The position numbers were made by a program, and so were the translations under genes. DNA of 64,000 nt. It comes from Octopus vulgaris (Eukaryota). How positions within the stretch are numbered: the stretch's first letter is position 1; the number at the start of each line of letters is the position of its first letter. A model generated the notes under the pieces. That model ran no database searches and was not told the origin of the DNA. It saw nothing but the letters and a program-made list of their open reading frames with translations. The stretch lies in assembly GCA_951406725.2 (NCBI GenBank), contig OX597821.1, forward strand, positions 1,860,001 through 1,924,000, read 5' to 3'. Shown piece by piece: positions 15,230 to 29,047 of the stretch.

Positions 15230-16084
15230 TATGCACTCAAACGTATGTATGGCTGGGGGAGGAGGAGAGAGAGAAAGATCAATTATTGTTGCATTTTAAA
15301 ATTTGCTTTCAGTGAATAAATATTAGAACTACTTGTTGATGTGCACACACACACACGCACACACACACACACACACACAGATGCATACACACACACACAG
15401 ACACACACAGACACACGCACACACACACAAACACAGAAACACAGGCACACATTCATACACACATGTAACAAATATATGTTAGTATGTTTGGGCGTATATA
15501 CGTGTGTATTTATGTGGAACTATTTCTGATTATTCCAAATATTTATCCATTATATTTTCGATAGTGTTATGTAATTAATTCATATAGCTGTGTCCTTATT
15601 TTTTTATATTCATTAGTAATCACTTGTTTCATACTTGAAAGCTTTAAACTCCGTCTAATATTGCTGAAAATTTAATAACGTATCATCTGAAATAAGATAA
15701 TAGTTTATTATTTTTTCATAATATAAGTTCTCTCACTCTCACCATACAATGAACGTTGTATAATAGATAACATCATAATAGTGCATTGTAATTTACAATA
15801 AATAATACAATAGATAACTATTTCAAAGTATACAATTAGTAGCAGATGCAAAAGAGATAAATAGTGTTTTTATTGATGCTTTCTACGGTGAATATATTTC
15901 TCCAGCTGGAGCAATTTTTGTTTTCGTGTTTCATTAGTAAAATAGGGTGGCTCGAGACATCTCCACTTTTTCAAAATAGCAGTTAGATCTACCTCAAATT
16001 GTGCTCTGTTGAATTAAACGTATAAATCAGAAATAATGCTAATCTGAATTCATTATCCAGGAAATTATGAAATACCGAGATATA

Positions 16085-16800
16085 TACGAGGGTGAGTGAA
16101 AAATTATACTTTTGATTTGTTTAATGTGTTTACACAAAGGCGGGGGGATAAAGCACGTCATATTTCTATATAGTCTCTTTCTTTTTCGATGCACTTGGTC
16201 CAGCGGCCCACGAGCTTGCGTATTCACTCCAAGAAGAAGGTTTTCGGTTGGTTGTGCAACCATTTATGCACCGCTTGCTTCACATCTTCAACCGTAGGAA
16301 ATCGACGATCTCGTAAAACATCACTGAGCGGTCCAAAGATATGATAGTAGGAAGGGGCGAGATCTGGGCTGTAAACAGAGTATTTCAGCACCTCAAAATT
16401 CAATTGGTTAATGATTTCAACGGTCTGGGCGGCCATGTGTGGGCGTGCATTGTCATGCAACAACAAACTTACTTCGGCGTTTAGTGCGAATTGCTGGCTT
16501 CAGTTTGTTGGGCAGCAAAGCAATGTAGCTTGCACTGTTGATCGCAGGCCCCTTTTCAAGGTAGTCTTCCAGTTTAAGCCCCTTTTGAGTCGCATAAAAA
16601 GAGTTAGCATCATCTTCCCCGTGAAAAACTGAATCTTGAATTTCTTCGTCGTTGGCAAGCCATGATGTTTCCACTCAATACTCTTTCTTTTGGATCCTGC
16701 CTCATAATGATGGACCCAGGAAGAAGACTCCATCCAAAGGTGAACTCACTACCTTGTCTTGCTGGCCACCCACTAGAATCAATAGCCAAATCTTCCCGAA
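16085..16800 (-). mobile_element. Mariner transposon relic
   Basis: TIR tacgagggtgagtgaaaaa at 16085. Frameshifted transposase pieces WVHHYE, LLHDNARPH and YSPDLAPSYYHIF. Confidence 0.85.
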
Positions 16801-17198
16801 GTCGCTCCTTATCTTCTTAATAGAAATGAATCATATTCTGCAATATATCGTAAGTACGTAACATCCAATGTTTAAACGTATACTGGAATGATTAGGATAG
16901 GATGGGTGAATTTCATTTTGATCATAAATCTGCTTGATCAGACCTGAAGTAAGGTTATAACAACAGCAACAACAACAACAACGACAATCACGCCGACGAC
17001 CACGGTAACAAGAAAAGCAACGGTAAGAACAATGGCGATAATACCGAGAATAATACACTTTGCGTGAGATGCTGTCAACTGGTTGAGTCACAAATCTATG
17101 AAAATGATATTTCATTGGTACCGCTTATATCTTATAGCTATGAATATGTCTGCATGTGTATGTATGCGTGCGTGTCTGTGTGTACAATTATGCATACA

Positions 17199-17234
<36 letters not shown>

Positions 17235-17264
17235 TATACATACATACATATATATATCTATCTA

Positions 17265-17382
<118 letters not shown>

Positions 17383-18540
17383 ATATATTCGTATATTTAT
17401 ATGTACACACACATATATGTATATGTATATATATAAACGCACATACATATACAAATAGACTGGTAGACAGTTACATACTAACTCACGCATATTCATTATC
17501 AGTCAAGGTAGAAAATAGCTAACCAATGTGGAATCTTGGCCGTGACTCCTCAGTCCGCTAGAAATAGTAACCAAATCTTTCTCAATATCACATGTTATCG
17601 TCAGAGAAATGGAAATGGACATGCACTCGTAAACGAACAGCAATTTAAAGGTGTGGAAACTTCTTTCTTTCATAGTTAATGACATAGGCTAGTAGTGAAG
17701 GTGTTGCATACACGGTCATAATTTTCATAGTTTCAAATCTGAGGACAGGTAATGCGTTGTGTTTTTCAGGTCAAAAAAAAAAAAACCCTACATTGTGTCT
17801 TGCTGCAGTCCACTCCATTTTGAATGGACTCCAGCGATAACTGACCCTGTATTTGACTGGTGACCTGTCCAGATTGTAGTATTGTAATCTTAGTCACTTT
17901 TTCTTCATGAAAAGTGGAGTAAATAAACTGCAACGTTATGAGTCCAAGGCTTCCTGACAAACCTCACTGTTACTGTATCATATGACTGCTCGATCGTCAT
18001 ATTTAATCAGACACTAAACACTAACGACAGAATGTGATTACCGATGTTTTTCTTACAGCTAATAAATCGTCTGCCGACGCTAAACCTTCCCCAGCTTCAG
18101 CAAATGGCTGAAAGCAGCAGTTCTGAAGGTGACGAATACCCCTCCTCATTACTCATTGAAAAGGTATTGTTGAAAGTTCATTACGTGCGACTGAAGCAAT
18201 ATCAATTAAAAATTACAATCTGTGTGTCGTACTTAAAGCAAATACATCATTGAAAGCCGAATCAACTGAAGTTTCCTCGTAAGATAGTAACTCATATAGA
18301 CGTAAATTGTTAAAAAACAAAAGTACATCAGTAGGAGACAAAAGGAGTCCAGCTTCGGCGGATTGCATGTCTAGAAGACATACTGTCTCAGGACGAATGT
18401 TGCAGTTAATTAGGCGTCCAACGATCTCTTTGATTTAAGTATGATGTATAATTTGCTATAACGAAGAAACTAGTGTTCGTATCCTGAAATTCTTCTTTCT
18501 GGACTCTAATAACTTCTGGAAATAATGCCTCTTTTAGTAT

Positions 18541-19190
18541 TTTACTCTTTTACTTGTTTCAGTCATTTGACTGTAGCCATGCTGGAGCACCGCCTTTATT
18601 CGAGCACATCAACCCCAGGACTTATTCTTGTAAGCCTACTACTTATTCTATAGAGGTCTTTTGCCGAACGGCGAAGTTACGGGGGACATAAACACACCAG
18701 CATCGGTTGTCAAGCGATGTTGGGCGGACAAACATAGACACACAAACATATACACACATATACATATATATATATTTCACTCGTGAATTTCATTACAAAC
18801 AACATGGACCATATTTCTTCTTAAGAAAAAATATATTTTCATATAAATTAAACATTATATCATGAATAGCGATTGCGAAACCGGTCGATACATTAAAAAT
18901 TATACTATAACAATCTAAGTGTCCGTATTTTCCTATTTTAATTTCTTATATACATTACAATGCACCACGTGGGGACAACCGAAATTCCTCTTTTCTGTTA
19001 CTACTATATATATATATATATATACATACAACGGGCTTCTTTCAGCTTACGTCTACCAAATTCACTTACAAGGCTTTGGTTGGCCCGATGCTATAGTAGA
19101 AGACACTTGCCCAAGGTGCCATGCAGTGGGACTGAACTCGGCACCATGTAGATCGTAAGCAAGCTACTTATCACGCACCCACTCCGACGC
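18541..19190 (-). mobile_element. SINE family A split by a ~230-bp insertion
   Basis: Tail half at 18541-18775 and head half at 19026-19190, with unrelated sequence between them in the internal TA tract. Confidence 0.75.
18858..18890 (+). ncRNA. Degenerate minimal hammerhead motif
   Basis: TATC-atgaata-GC-gatt-GC-GAAA-CCGG-TC-GATA. Helix I (4 bp), helix II, GAAA, the palindromic loop and the UC site are all correctly spaced. The core has two substitutions. Confidence 0.55.
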
Positions 19191-19254
19191 TTATAAAAAC
19201 ATTAAGAGTAAAGCCTGTTCTATGTTATGCATTGTACCAGTATCAGAAGTTAGA

Positions 19255-19721
19255 AAGTCGACCTCGGCGAAATTTGAACTCAAAACATAAAGATAGACGA
19301 AATACCTATTTATTTACTGCCCATACGTGGCTACACAGAGAGGGGACAAACAAGGACAGACAAATAGATTAAGTCTACTATATCGACCCCAGTGCGTAAC
19401 TGGTACTTAATTCATCGACCCCGAAAGGATGAAAGGCAAAGTCGACCTCGGCGGAATTTGAACTCAGAACGTAGCGGCAGACGAAATACCTATTGCTTTA
19501 CTACCCGCAAATGGCTAAACACAAAGGGGTCAAACAAGAACATATAAAGGTATTAAGTCGATTTCATCGACCCCAGTGCGTAACTGGAACTTAATTTATC
19601 GACCTTGTAAGGATGAAAGGCAAAGTCGACCTCGGCGGAATTTGAACTCAAAACGTAAAGATAGACGAAATACTGCTAAGTATTTCGCCTGACGCGTTAA
19701 CGTTTCTGCCAGATGACCACC
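19255..19721 (-). mobile_element. SINE family B (multimeric)
   Basis: Two full ~190-bp internal modules plus a partial one. Confidence 0.85.
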
Positions 19722-20177
19722 TGTGTATAAACCATTTTAATTTCATTAAACAGGACCATTTGTTCACTGTCCTTTAAATCCCGACAAGTTCGCCTTTACC
19801 TATGAGAAACACTGGCTTCACGCATCAGTGTTGTTGTGTCCCCCCATCTATTGTCTCTATTGTCAAGTTTATTTACATCTATTCCACGGGTATATGACGC
19901 ATTTTCGCACAGCTGTTTTGGGTTGGGCAATCCGATTCGAACTTATTTTATTTCAAACGCTTTCTTCTCTGGTCATTATGGCATCGAGAAAATATTTTCA
20001 TTCCAGGTCAAAACTAACTTGAAATAACAACTACTGGATATAGTGTAACTTTCTGCTTCCCTTTCTATCGTCCTCTCTTTGTTCGTGTTTGCGAACATAC
20101 GTTTTTAAGTCCATGAAAAGAGAAAGAACATTTATATCAATGGTTTCAATTGGTAAGTTGTATTGTATAATTCCTAT

Positions 20178-20247
<70 letters not shown>

Positions 20248-20330
20248 GTCAGTCTGTATGTCTGTGTGTCTGTGTGTCTATCTGTGTGCTTCTGTCTGTC
20301 TATCTATCCAACTTTATGCATTTATGTATG

Positions 20331-20502
20331 TGGCGTAGGAGTGGCTGTGTGGTAAGTAGCTTGCTTACGAACTACATGGTTCCGGGTTCAGTCCCACTGC
20401 GTGGCACCTTGGGCAAGTGTCTTCTGCTATAGACTCGGGCCAACCAAAGCCTTGTAAGTGAATTTAGTAGACGGAAACTGAAAGAATCCCGTCGTATATA
20501 TG

Positions 20503-20567
<65 letters not shown>

Positions 20568-20765
20568 GTGTGCGTCTATCTCCCCAACATCACTTGACAA
20601 CCGATGCTGGTGTGTTTATGTCCCCGAAACTTAGTGGTTCGGCAAAAAAGACGGATAGAATAAGTACTAGGCTTACAAAGAATAAGTCCTGGGTAGATTT
20701 GTTTGACTAAAGGTGGTGCTCCAGCATGGCCGCAGTCAAATGACTGAAACAAAATAAAAGAATAA
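20331..20765 (+). mobile_element. SINE family A
   Basis: Full-length copy with tRNA-like head ggcgtaggagtggctgtgtggtaag and ccttgggcaagt motif. Confidence 0.88.
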
Positions 20766-21751
20766 TAGAATATATAGGAAACTAGTCGGTTAGAAAATCT
20801 CTGCTTGAGATCGAAGCAGTATATGGACCAAATAGTATTGGTAATGAGTACTTTCATGTGGCTGTCCTCTAAGAAACGACGACACTGCCATTAAAAATCA
20901 GTGATTGTATGACACTGTATTTTCTGTAAACTACAAGGAAGATAAACTGCTTCACTGCCTGGCAACGATTTCCCACTATAGAGGAGATCCAATATACCTC
21001 AAAACCACGTGGTTTGGTGGTCTTGTAGCAATTGTGATAGGAGTTATCTCCCGCTTGTACTAAATACGAGTGCAAGAAGCGCACTGAATAAACCTGCTGC
21101 AGGAGACGTCGTTCTACGATTAAATGGTTGTCGCTTAGAGGATAGCCATATTAAAGTGGCCATAAGCAATACTTACATATATCTGTATATAAAATTTGCT
21201 CCCTAATCCAGTGGTCTTGTCGTATGTTGGATCTATTTTACTAACAGAGATTCGTGTCTACAGCTGTTCGTTGAGAGCAAAATATTGTTTAAAGGATGAA
21301 CAGTCAAAAGAACTCTGCAGACATTGCTGAATTTTGATACCGTTGCATTGCATCTTCATGGCAAATATTTTAAGGTTAGATATTTGCGTGGTTCGCTCTT
21401 TCAGGTCGCATGAGAATTCAGTGAAAATGTCGTTCGGCCGAAAGGACGACTGACCAACTAGTAATATAAAATAGTGTACAAAACGTCCATAAATTGTCAT
21501 TAAAATTACCACAAATGGCGGATCTCATTAATCGCTTGCAACAAACGGTCCCTCCATGGAATCGTTCTCAGGCTTGTAACAAGACTCTGTTTGCCTATGT
21601 TTTCCAATAAAATTTGCTGAGTTACTATTATGTTCCATTTTCCCACAGAGTTTTTACAAATGGTATAGGTAGTCTATGAACACCCAGTATGTGTGTGTAC
21701 GTATGTGTGTGCGTATGTGTTTATGCATGTATATATAAATATATGTATGTA

Positions 21752-21795
<44 letters not shown>

Positions 21796-21801
21796 CATGC
21801 A

Positions 21802-21847
<46 letters not shown>

Positions 21848-22324
21848 TATATGTGTGTGTTTGTGTGAGTGTCTGTGTATGAGTGTTTGAATGTATATAA
21901 GTGTGTGTGTATGGTCCATAGTAACTTGGCTGGGGTCTATTTTCGGAGGCATTGCAGTGATGTTTCTATCTGACAATATCTTTCAGGCGAATCCCGAAGT
22001 TGATTTATTTCGTCTTTTCTTTGTTTCAAGAACATGAGTGAAGCCTTACAGAAACTAAGGGCGGAGTTATCCTTATTCCCATTCTATATAAGGAAATTTT
22101 GGTTGAGTTGCATTTTCAAACAAATACAATCAAATAATTTCTTAGAGAGAATGAGAGAGAGGAAAAGTGACATTCGGTCGAAGAGGAGAGCAAATGTGTG
22201 CAGATACATAGAAGCAAACAAACAAATGCACACACATGCATATTAAACATACCTATATGTATGTATGCATGTATGTATTTATGTATGCATTTGGCTATGG
22301 ATGCATGTAAGTATGTATGTACGC

Positions 22325-22388
<64 letters not shown>

Positions 22389-22391
22389 CTA

Positions 22392-22457
<66 letters not shown>

Positions 22458-22474
22458 CCTCCACTTCTCTCGCT

Positions 22475-22508
<34 letters not shown>

Positions 22509-22546
22509 GCACAAATGTATAAATGTATAATATATATATATGCACA

Positions 22547-22587
<41 letters not shown>

Positions 22588-22999
22588 TATATATATATAC
22601 ATATGTATATATATGTATATATATACAGACACATATATACATGTATATATATATATACATACATATATATACATATATATATACACACATGTACGCGTAT
22701 ATTAACATTGCCGTTGAATTTGCCCATGTGCTAGAGCGGTATGCATTCAGGGAATGCAACAAATAAAAGAAAATATATTATAGGTATAAAATAACATAAA
22801 AAGAAATATATATATATATATGTGTATGTATGCATAATAAACCTTTTAGCCAAATGCATAACACATCATATCTGAAACAAAATATGAAATAACAATGAGA
22901 TCCCCACAGAAAAAAAATCACTCTAGCAACAGAGCACTCTCCTGGTGGTAATGTTTCCCATAAAATATAGTTACATCCATTATATATATGTATATATAT

Positions 23000-23680
23000 T
23001 CTTTTATTCTTTTACTGGAGCACCTCACTGAAGGGTTTTAGTTGAAGAAATCGACCTCATTAATTATCTTTTCTAAGCTTAGTGTTTACACTATCGTTCT
23101 GCTTTTGCCGAACCGCTAAGATACGAGGACGTAAACACACCAACACCAGTTGTCGAAGTGTGATAGGAGGAAAAGCACATACTCAAAGAAACACGCACAC
23201 ACACACACGCATATGCGACGGGCTTCTTTCAGTTTCCCTCTACCAAATCAACCCACAAGGCTTTGGTCGTCCCAAGGCTGTATTAGAAGTCACTCGTCGT
23301 AGGTGCCACGCAGTGGGACTGAACCTGGAACCATATGGTTTGGAAGCAAGCCTTTCTTTTAATCTTTCATTTGTTTTAGTCATTTGACTGTGGCCATGCC
23401 TGAGCACCACCTTTATTCGATCAAATCGAGCCTATAGTTTATTCTTTGTAATCCTAGAACTTATTCTATCGCTTTTTTTGCCGAACCGCTATGTAACGGG
23501 CACGTAAACACACCAACCGATGGTGGTGGGGAAACATAGATACGACGGGCTTCTTTCAGTTTTCGTCTACCAAATCCTCTCTCAAGGGTTTGGTCGGCCA
23601 TGGGATATAGTAGAAGACACTTCCTCAAGGTATCTCGCAGTGGGACTGAACCCAGAACCATGTGCTTTCGAAGCAAGGCG
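23000..23680 (-). mobile_element. Two adjacent SINE family A copies
   Basis: Reverse-complement matches at about 23000-23352 and 23360-23680. Confidence 0.78.
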
Positions 23681-23795
23681 CAGGCATGTCTGTATGTTTA
23701 ACAAGCTCGATTTTCTACTATTGTGGAGCACATTGGGCCAGTGCTCTGAACTATGACCGTAGTCCGATTAATGGCTTATGTATGAAAATGGTATA

Positions 23796-24189
23796 GCAGT
23801 GAGCTGGCAGAATCGTTAGCACGCTGGCCGAAATGCTAAGCGGTATTTCGTCTGTCGTTACGTTGTGAGCTCAAATTCCGCCGAGGTCAACTTTGCCTTT
23901 CATCCTTTCGGGGTCGATAAATTAAGTACCAGTTACGCTCTGGGGTCGATATAATCGACTTAATACCTCTGTCTGTCCTTGTTTGTCTCCTCTATGTTTA
24001 GCCCCTTGTGGGTAATAAAGAAATAGGTATTTCGTCTGCTGTTATGTCTGAGTTCAAATTCCGCAGAGGTCGACTTTGCCTTTCATCCTTTCGGGGTCGA
24101 TTAAATAAGTACCAGTTACGCACCAGGATCGATGTAATCGACTTAATCCCTCTGTCCTTGTTTGTCCCCTCTATATTTAGCCCCCTGTA
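23796..24189 (+). mobile_element. SINE family B (dimeric)
   Basis: Head gagctggcagaatcgttagc followed by two modules. Confidence 0.85.
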
Positions 24190-24206
24190 GTCAACGTATG
24201 AATTGC

Positions 24207-25280
24207 CTACAGATAAAATACATCTTTCTATCTATTTACTCTATTTTTTTCACCTTAGATTTTTAACATGATAAATGTATTATAGATAGACACCTGATCC
24301 TACCTTTTAAGTTTCAAATTTAGTTAACGGAGTTTCTTCTATAAGAAGAAACATGATTTTATTTCTTTAAGAAATATTGTTTAATTCTATTTATCTATTT
24401 ATTTATTATTATTATAATAATACAATCTATATTGCTTCTACAAATTTATTGAAACAAATGATACATGTTCTTTATGACATGGGAAATTGAAAGTAAATCT
24501 TCATATGTCAACGTAAACGCCGGTGGCCTCAACAAGTTTCCTCAAACGGCCTGGGATGGAATGAACAACTTTCTGAAGGACTTCGTCTGAGATATCATTG
24601 AGAAATTCCTGAATCCGTGTCTCCCAAGTCCTACAGTGTTCGAGGTTTTGTCACGTACACCTTTTTGCAACCCCATAGCTAAAAATCACTCGGAGTAAGA
24701 TCTGGACTTCTTGGAGTTCTGGACTGCTAAAATTCCACGATCACACTCTTCAGGTTTTAGATCCTGAATGTAAAGGGTTTTCTACGGACGAAAATTCAAT
24801 CCTTTAGTCAACACTGTAAGTTTTGTGTGTCTTGTTAGTCCACTTTTGCGAGATACTTGACCTGTTGATTTTTGCGTCAACTATTAAGAATCTCCTGCAA
24901 TGTGGCCATGTTCTCCACTGATCGGGATGTTATTGGATGGCCACATCTTTTTGCACTGTTCACTGAGCTCGTGGTCATCAGCTTTGCTTGACAACTTTTT
25001 ACTGTCGCTGGACGTAGTGTTGCATGCTTAAATTCCCATGCACACTACCATCTCTGAAACAAAAGAATGGAATTCCACACTTCATAGCGTGTTGCTATCT
25101 TAGCTCCCTCCTAGACAGTCAAGCGACCGGCCATCTGGAAAATAAGAAATAAGAGAATGAGGAGATAAAAAATCTCCTTTCGTGTTTTCTTTTTAAAAAA
25201 TGTTTTCGTCATAACTTCTGTGATATAAAAAATTCTATAAGCAATTTCTAATGCCAAGTTAGTTTCCATCAATCCTGTAT
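24207..25280 (-). mobile_element. Degenerate Tc1/mariner-superfamily transposon
   Basis: The minus strand gives TPRSPDLTPSDF*LWG...VYVTKPRTL and an N-terminal GHPITSRSVEN-like piece. tacag is present at the likely ends. Boundaries are approximate. Confidence 0.6.
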
Positions 25281-25812
25281 ATTTCTCCATATCTCTCTGT
25301 ATGTTTCCGACACCACAGTCATGTTTGGGAAGTTCGTCTATTTAATTATTCTAATTTTCTCAAACAGTGAAGTGTTTTTTTCTAGATCATAACTTAAATG
25401 AAGAGGTTTAGAAAGACAGAAACATGTTTGGAGTTGTTTATTGTGCTTACCAAACATCAGAGTCAATTCCCACTCTATATCCACATCCAACGTTCAATGA
25501 ATTTGCATCGCATTCTCTCATTTCTACTGCTGATACTTAATTGTCATTAGAAACAGTTGTTCCTCTTTCTATTATGCTTTTAATTTGAATTGAAGAATTA
25601 CCTGTGTCTTTGCTAGGAATATTCCATATGTGAGCACCGAGTTCAGGACATACATGCACATACCCACGAAAAACACAAATAGACATATACACACAAATGC
25701 ACACAGACACACACGCACTCACACACACACATACATATATGTATGTATCTCTCTCACACTCTCTCTCGATCTCTCTATCTCTCTCTCTTTCTCTCTATTT
25801 CGATCTCTCTCT

Positions 25813-25869
<57 letters not shown>

Positions 25870-26060
25870 AATATTTATATTAATCTGTTGTGTCTCAAAA
25901 TGTTTGTCTATTGCACTGATATATCTATGTATAATTGAATATGTATATATATATTCAAAAATACAAGGAATGGCCATCAATAGGACATTCGACTCACTGA
26001 AATTGAAAGAGAAAATAAATTCTGAAATTGAAAGAGAAATAAAAACGTTTACCCCTTTCA

Positions 26061-26155
26061 TTTCAGGACTATGCATAGTTTCGGCAAAATTTGGTAAACA
26101 AATTAATTAAATTAAATTAAATTTATTTACACCTGTCGTACCACGTCAGCAGAGA
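26061..26155 (-). ncRNA. Decayed copy of the type I hammerhead
   Basis: Reverse-complement copy of 26752-26846 with core CTGACGT and a disrupted helix I. Confidence 0.6.
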
Positions 26156-26751
26156 AGCCAAGGACGAGTATATATCCACGATGCGATGGTAAGGAAGCTT
26201 CCAGTCTATATCCTCTAAATTTTCAAAATCTACCGCAATCGCGCGGTTTTCTCAGCAGCAGATATAAACTGCTGATTTAATTTAATTTCAAATTTAGCCA
26301 AAAATCATTAATTAATAAATATAAGGGTAGCAAAAAATTCTAGAAAAAATTCTCCGCTACCAGCGTTCCAGCGAGAAAGAAAAGATAATCAAAGACTATA
26401 TAATATACATAAAAAAATACAAGGAATGGCCATAATAGGACATTCGACTCACTAGAAAGAGCAGCCAAACTCAAACCGCTAATAGTTGTAATTCTGAAAT
26501 TGAAAGAGAAATAAAAACGTTTAGCCCTTTCATCTTTGGACTATGTATAGTAGCGGAGAATTTTATCTAGAATTTTTTGCTACCCTTATATTTATTAATT
26601 AATGATTTTTTTGGCTAATTTTAAAATTAAATCAACAGTTTATATTTGCTGCTGAGAAAACCGCGCGATTGCGGTAGATTTTGAAAATTTAGAGGATATA
26701 GACTGGAGGCTTCCTTACCATCGCATCGTGGATATATACTCGTTCTTGGCT

Positions 26752-26846
26752 TCTCTGCTGACGAGGCACGCCAGCTGTAAATAAATTTAATTTAATTTAA
26801 TTAATTTGTTTACCAAATTTTGCCGAAACTATGCATAGTCCAGAGA
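26752..26846 (+). ncRNA. Type I hammerhead ribozyme with extended helix II
   Basis: Helix I TCTCTG/CAGAGA; core CTGACGA at 26758-26764; helix II GGCA/TGCC enclosing an AU-rich hairpin; GAAA at 26825-26828; helix III ACTA-tgca-TAGT; GUC cleavage triplet ending at 26840. Confidence 0.85.
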
Positions 26847-27071
26847 TGAAAGGGGTAAACGTTTATATTTCTCTTTCAATTTCAGAATTACAACTATTAG
26901 CGGTTTGAGTTTGGCTGCTCTTTCTAGTGAGTCGAATGTCCTATTATGGCCATTCCTTGTATTTTTAAATGTATATTATATAGTCTTTGACTATCTTTTC
27001 TCTCTCGCTGGACCGCTGGTAGCGGAGAATTTTTTTCTAGACTTTTTTTGCTACCCTTATATTTATTAATA

Positions 27072-27165
<94 letters not shown>

Positions 27166-29047
27166 CATACATACATATATACACGTATATATGTATGTAC
27201 AGTTCTAGAAAGAGTAATGACTACTTGATCAACGATTAACATTTAAATATGTTTAATATTTAATCATTCAATGTCTGTTAAATACCATCCTAAGCAATAT
27301 AGTACTCTGCTTATTCACATATTGTACATAGAGTATAAACGAGAAATTAATAGAGGAAAACATAATGAGTTATGTTTTATTAAAATACAAACTATAAAGT
27401 GTTTATATATGAATCGTATTTACTTATTAATCTGGTTATTATATTTTTAACATCCAAAACATTTATTATCAGAGAAAAATGGTTAAAGTTTTGAAATCTC
27501 GGCTACATTTTTGTTAGTTTAATCATGGCCTATTTTGATTTTGATGAAGCAATTAGAATCAAACTTGTTTAACAGCAAGCCATTTACTGTACGAAACGAA
27601 ATTACGATTGTAAGCGATTTTACTACTGTCCATATGAGCTGAAGTGTGCTTTCACAGATGGAAAATCCATAACAGGTAACGACGAATTAGAGGATAAACT
27701 AAGGGATGGGGTGAGGGTCAAACTAACAGACTCCCCCCTGCTTTCTACAAATATAAGAGTCGCCGTAATGGTTTATACGCAATGCATTCCTCTCCGATTA
27801 AAAGAAAAAGGTATAAAATATGTAAGGTCATAAACAATGTCGACAGCAAATATGGTTCTTCTGCAATGCATAACAATATTTTAAGTTAATTTCGATGATA
27901 CAACTTAGGCCTGCTGTAAAGCAAGTGAAAATTTAGCTGTAATTTCTGCGATACTTGTGCGTAAAAAATAGCCGAATAAATACGTCACTTAGTGGGATTT
28001 TAATAAAACTTCATACATGCATTATCTCATAATTGATTTATAAAACATTTTTGCCTTGTCTATACTTTACTGAGTCAAACGATGATATTTTGGATATTTA
28101 TTTTCTTCGCTGGTGACAGCATGTTTCATCATGTATTGAGTTCTACATCAAAAAAATCAAAAGCAAAAAAGCACTAACAAAATGTTAAAACAGCCCCAAA
28201 GAACATTAACATAGGCAGCAAAACACTGTTTAATAAACAAGTACGAGGTTATATTTCAGCCCCAAATGAGTGATTAAAAAAAATTCATAAAGATGCTATT
28301 TCTGAGTGTATACATATATACTAACGCTTGGAATTATTAATGGCAGAATGATCAAAAACCGGTTCAGATTTCTAGGGAAATTAATTTGAACGCAGTGATA
28401 GCGAATATTTAGTATGGACAAATAAACATTAATGTTCTTATAGGGATGTGGTGGAAGCAAGGCATAAAATATCAGTGTTGCAGCAAATAGCAATGTGTTT
28501 GCTCGGTAAACAGATGGTAATTTGTTAAATTCCTGTTTGTGTTTTCGTTGTGTTTTCGTTGTTGATGTTAATGTTTACATCAGGCTAGGTGTAATTTGAG
28601 AGAGATTTCATCACTATTTCTAACATATTGTTCGACGGTTACACTTTTATGACGGTATGAACTGTCATATGGAAACTTTTATACATACATCGAGACGCGC
28701 AAAAACATTATACGCATATATATACACATACACATACACAGACATATATTCATGTATGATTTGCTTGCATTACTTACTAATTATAAATCGCTTACATTTA
28801 TCTACACATTTTTCATTCTTCTAACATCTATGTCATTTCATCATTTCTACGAGGATACACGAAGAAGATATATGAATATATAAATGTTAAAAGGCCTAAA
28901 AGAAAGTGATTATGTGATCGCCGTTATACTTCACGCAAAACTATATTCGAATTATAATAATCAGAGCTGATGCCACTTTATATGTTTTGGTTTCATCAAA
29001 TCGCTAATTTCATGAAGTTAATACTCAATGTTAATTCATATATTGAA

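Larger units (their letters stand above)
25957..27070. mobile_element. ~470-bp hammerhead-containing unit, partial tandem in divergent inverted arrangement
   Basis: About 1.3 units on the minus strand (25957-26551) are joined to about 1.1 units on the plus strand (26550-27070, terminally redundant). TA tracts lie on both sides. Confidence 0.85.

Noticed and set aside
20331-20405. tRNA gene
   Set aside because: It is the head of a multi-copy SINE and continues into the SINE body.
25957-27070. MITE or CRISPR-like interpretation of the repeats
   Set aside because: The arms are phase-shifted tandem units rather than TIRs. There is no repeat-spacer pattern and the context is eukaryotic.
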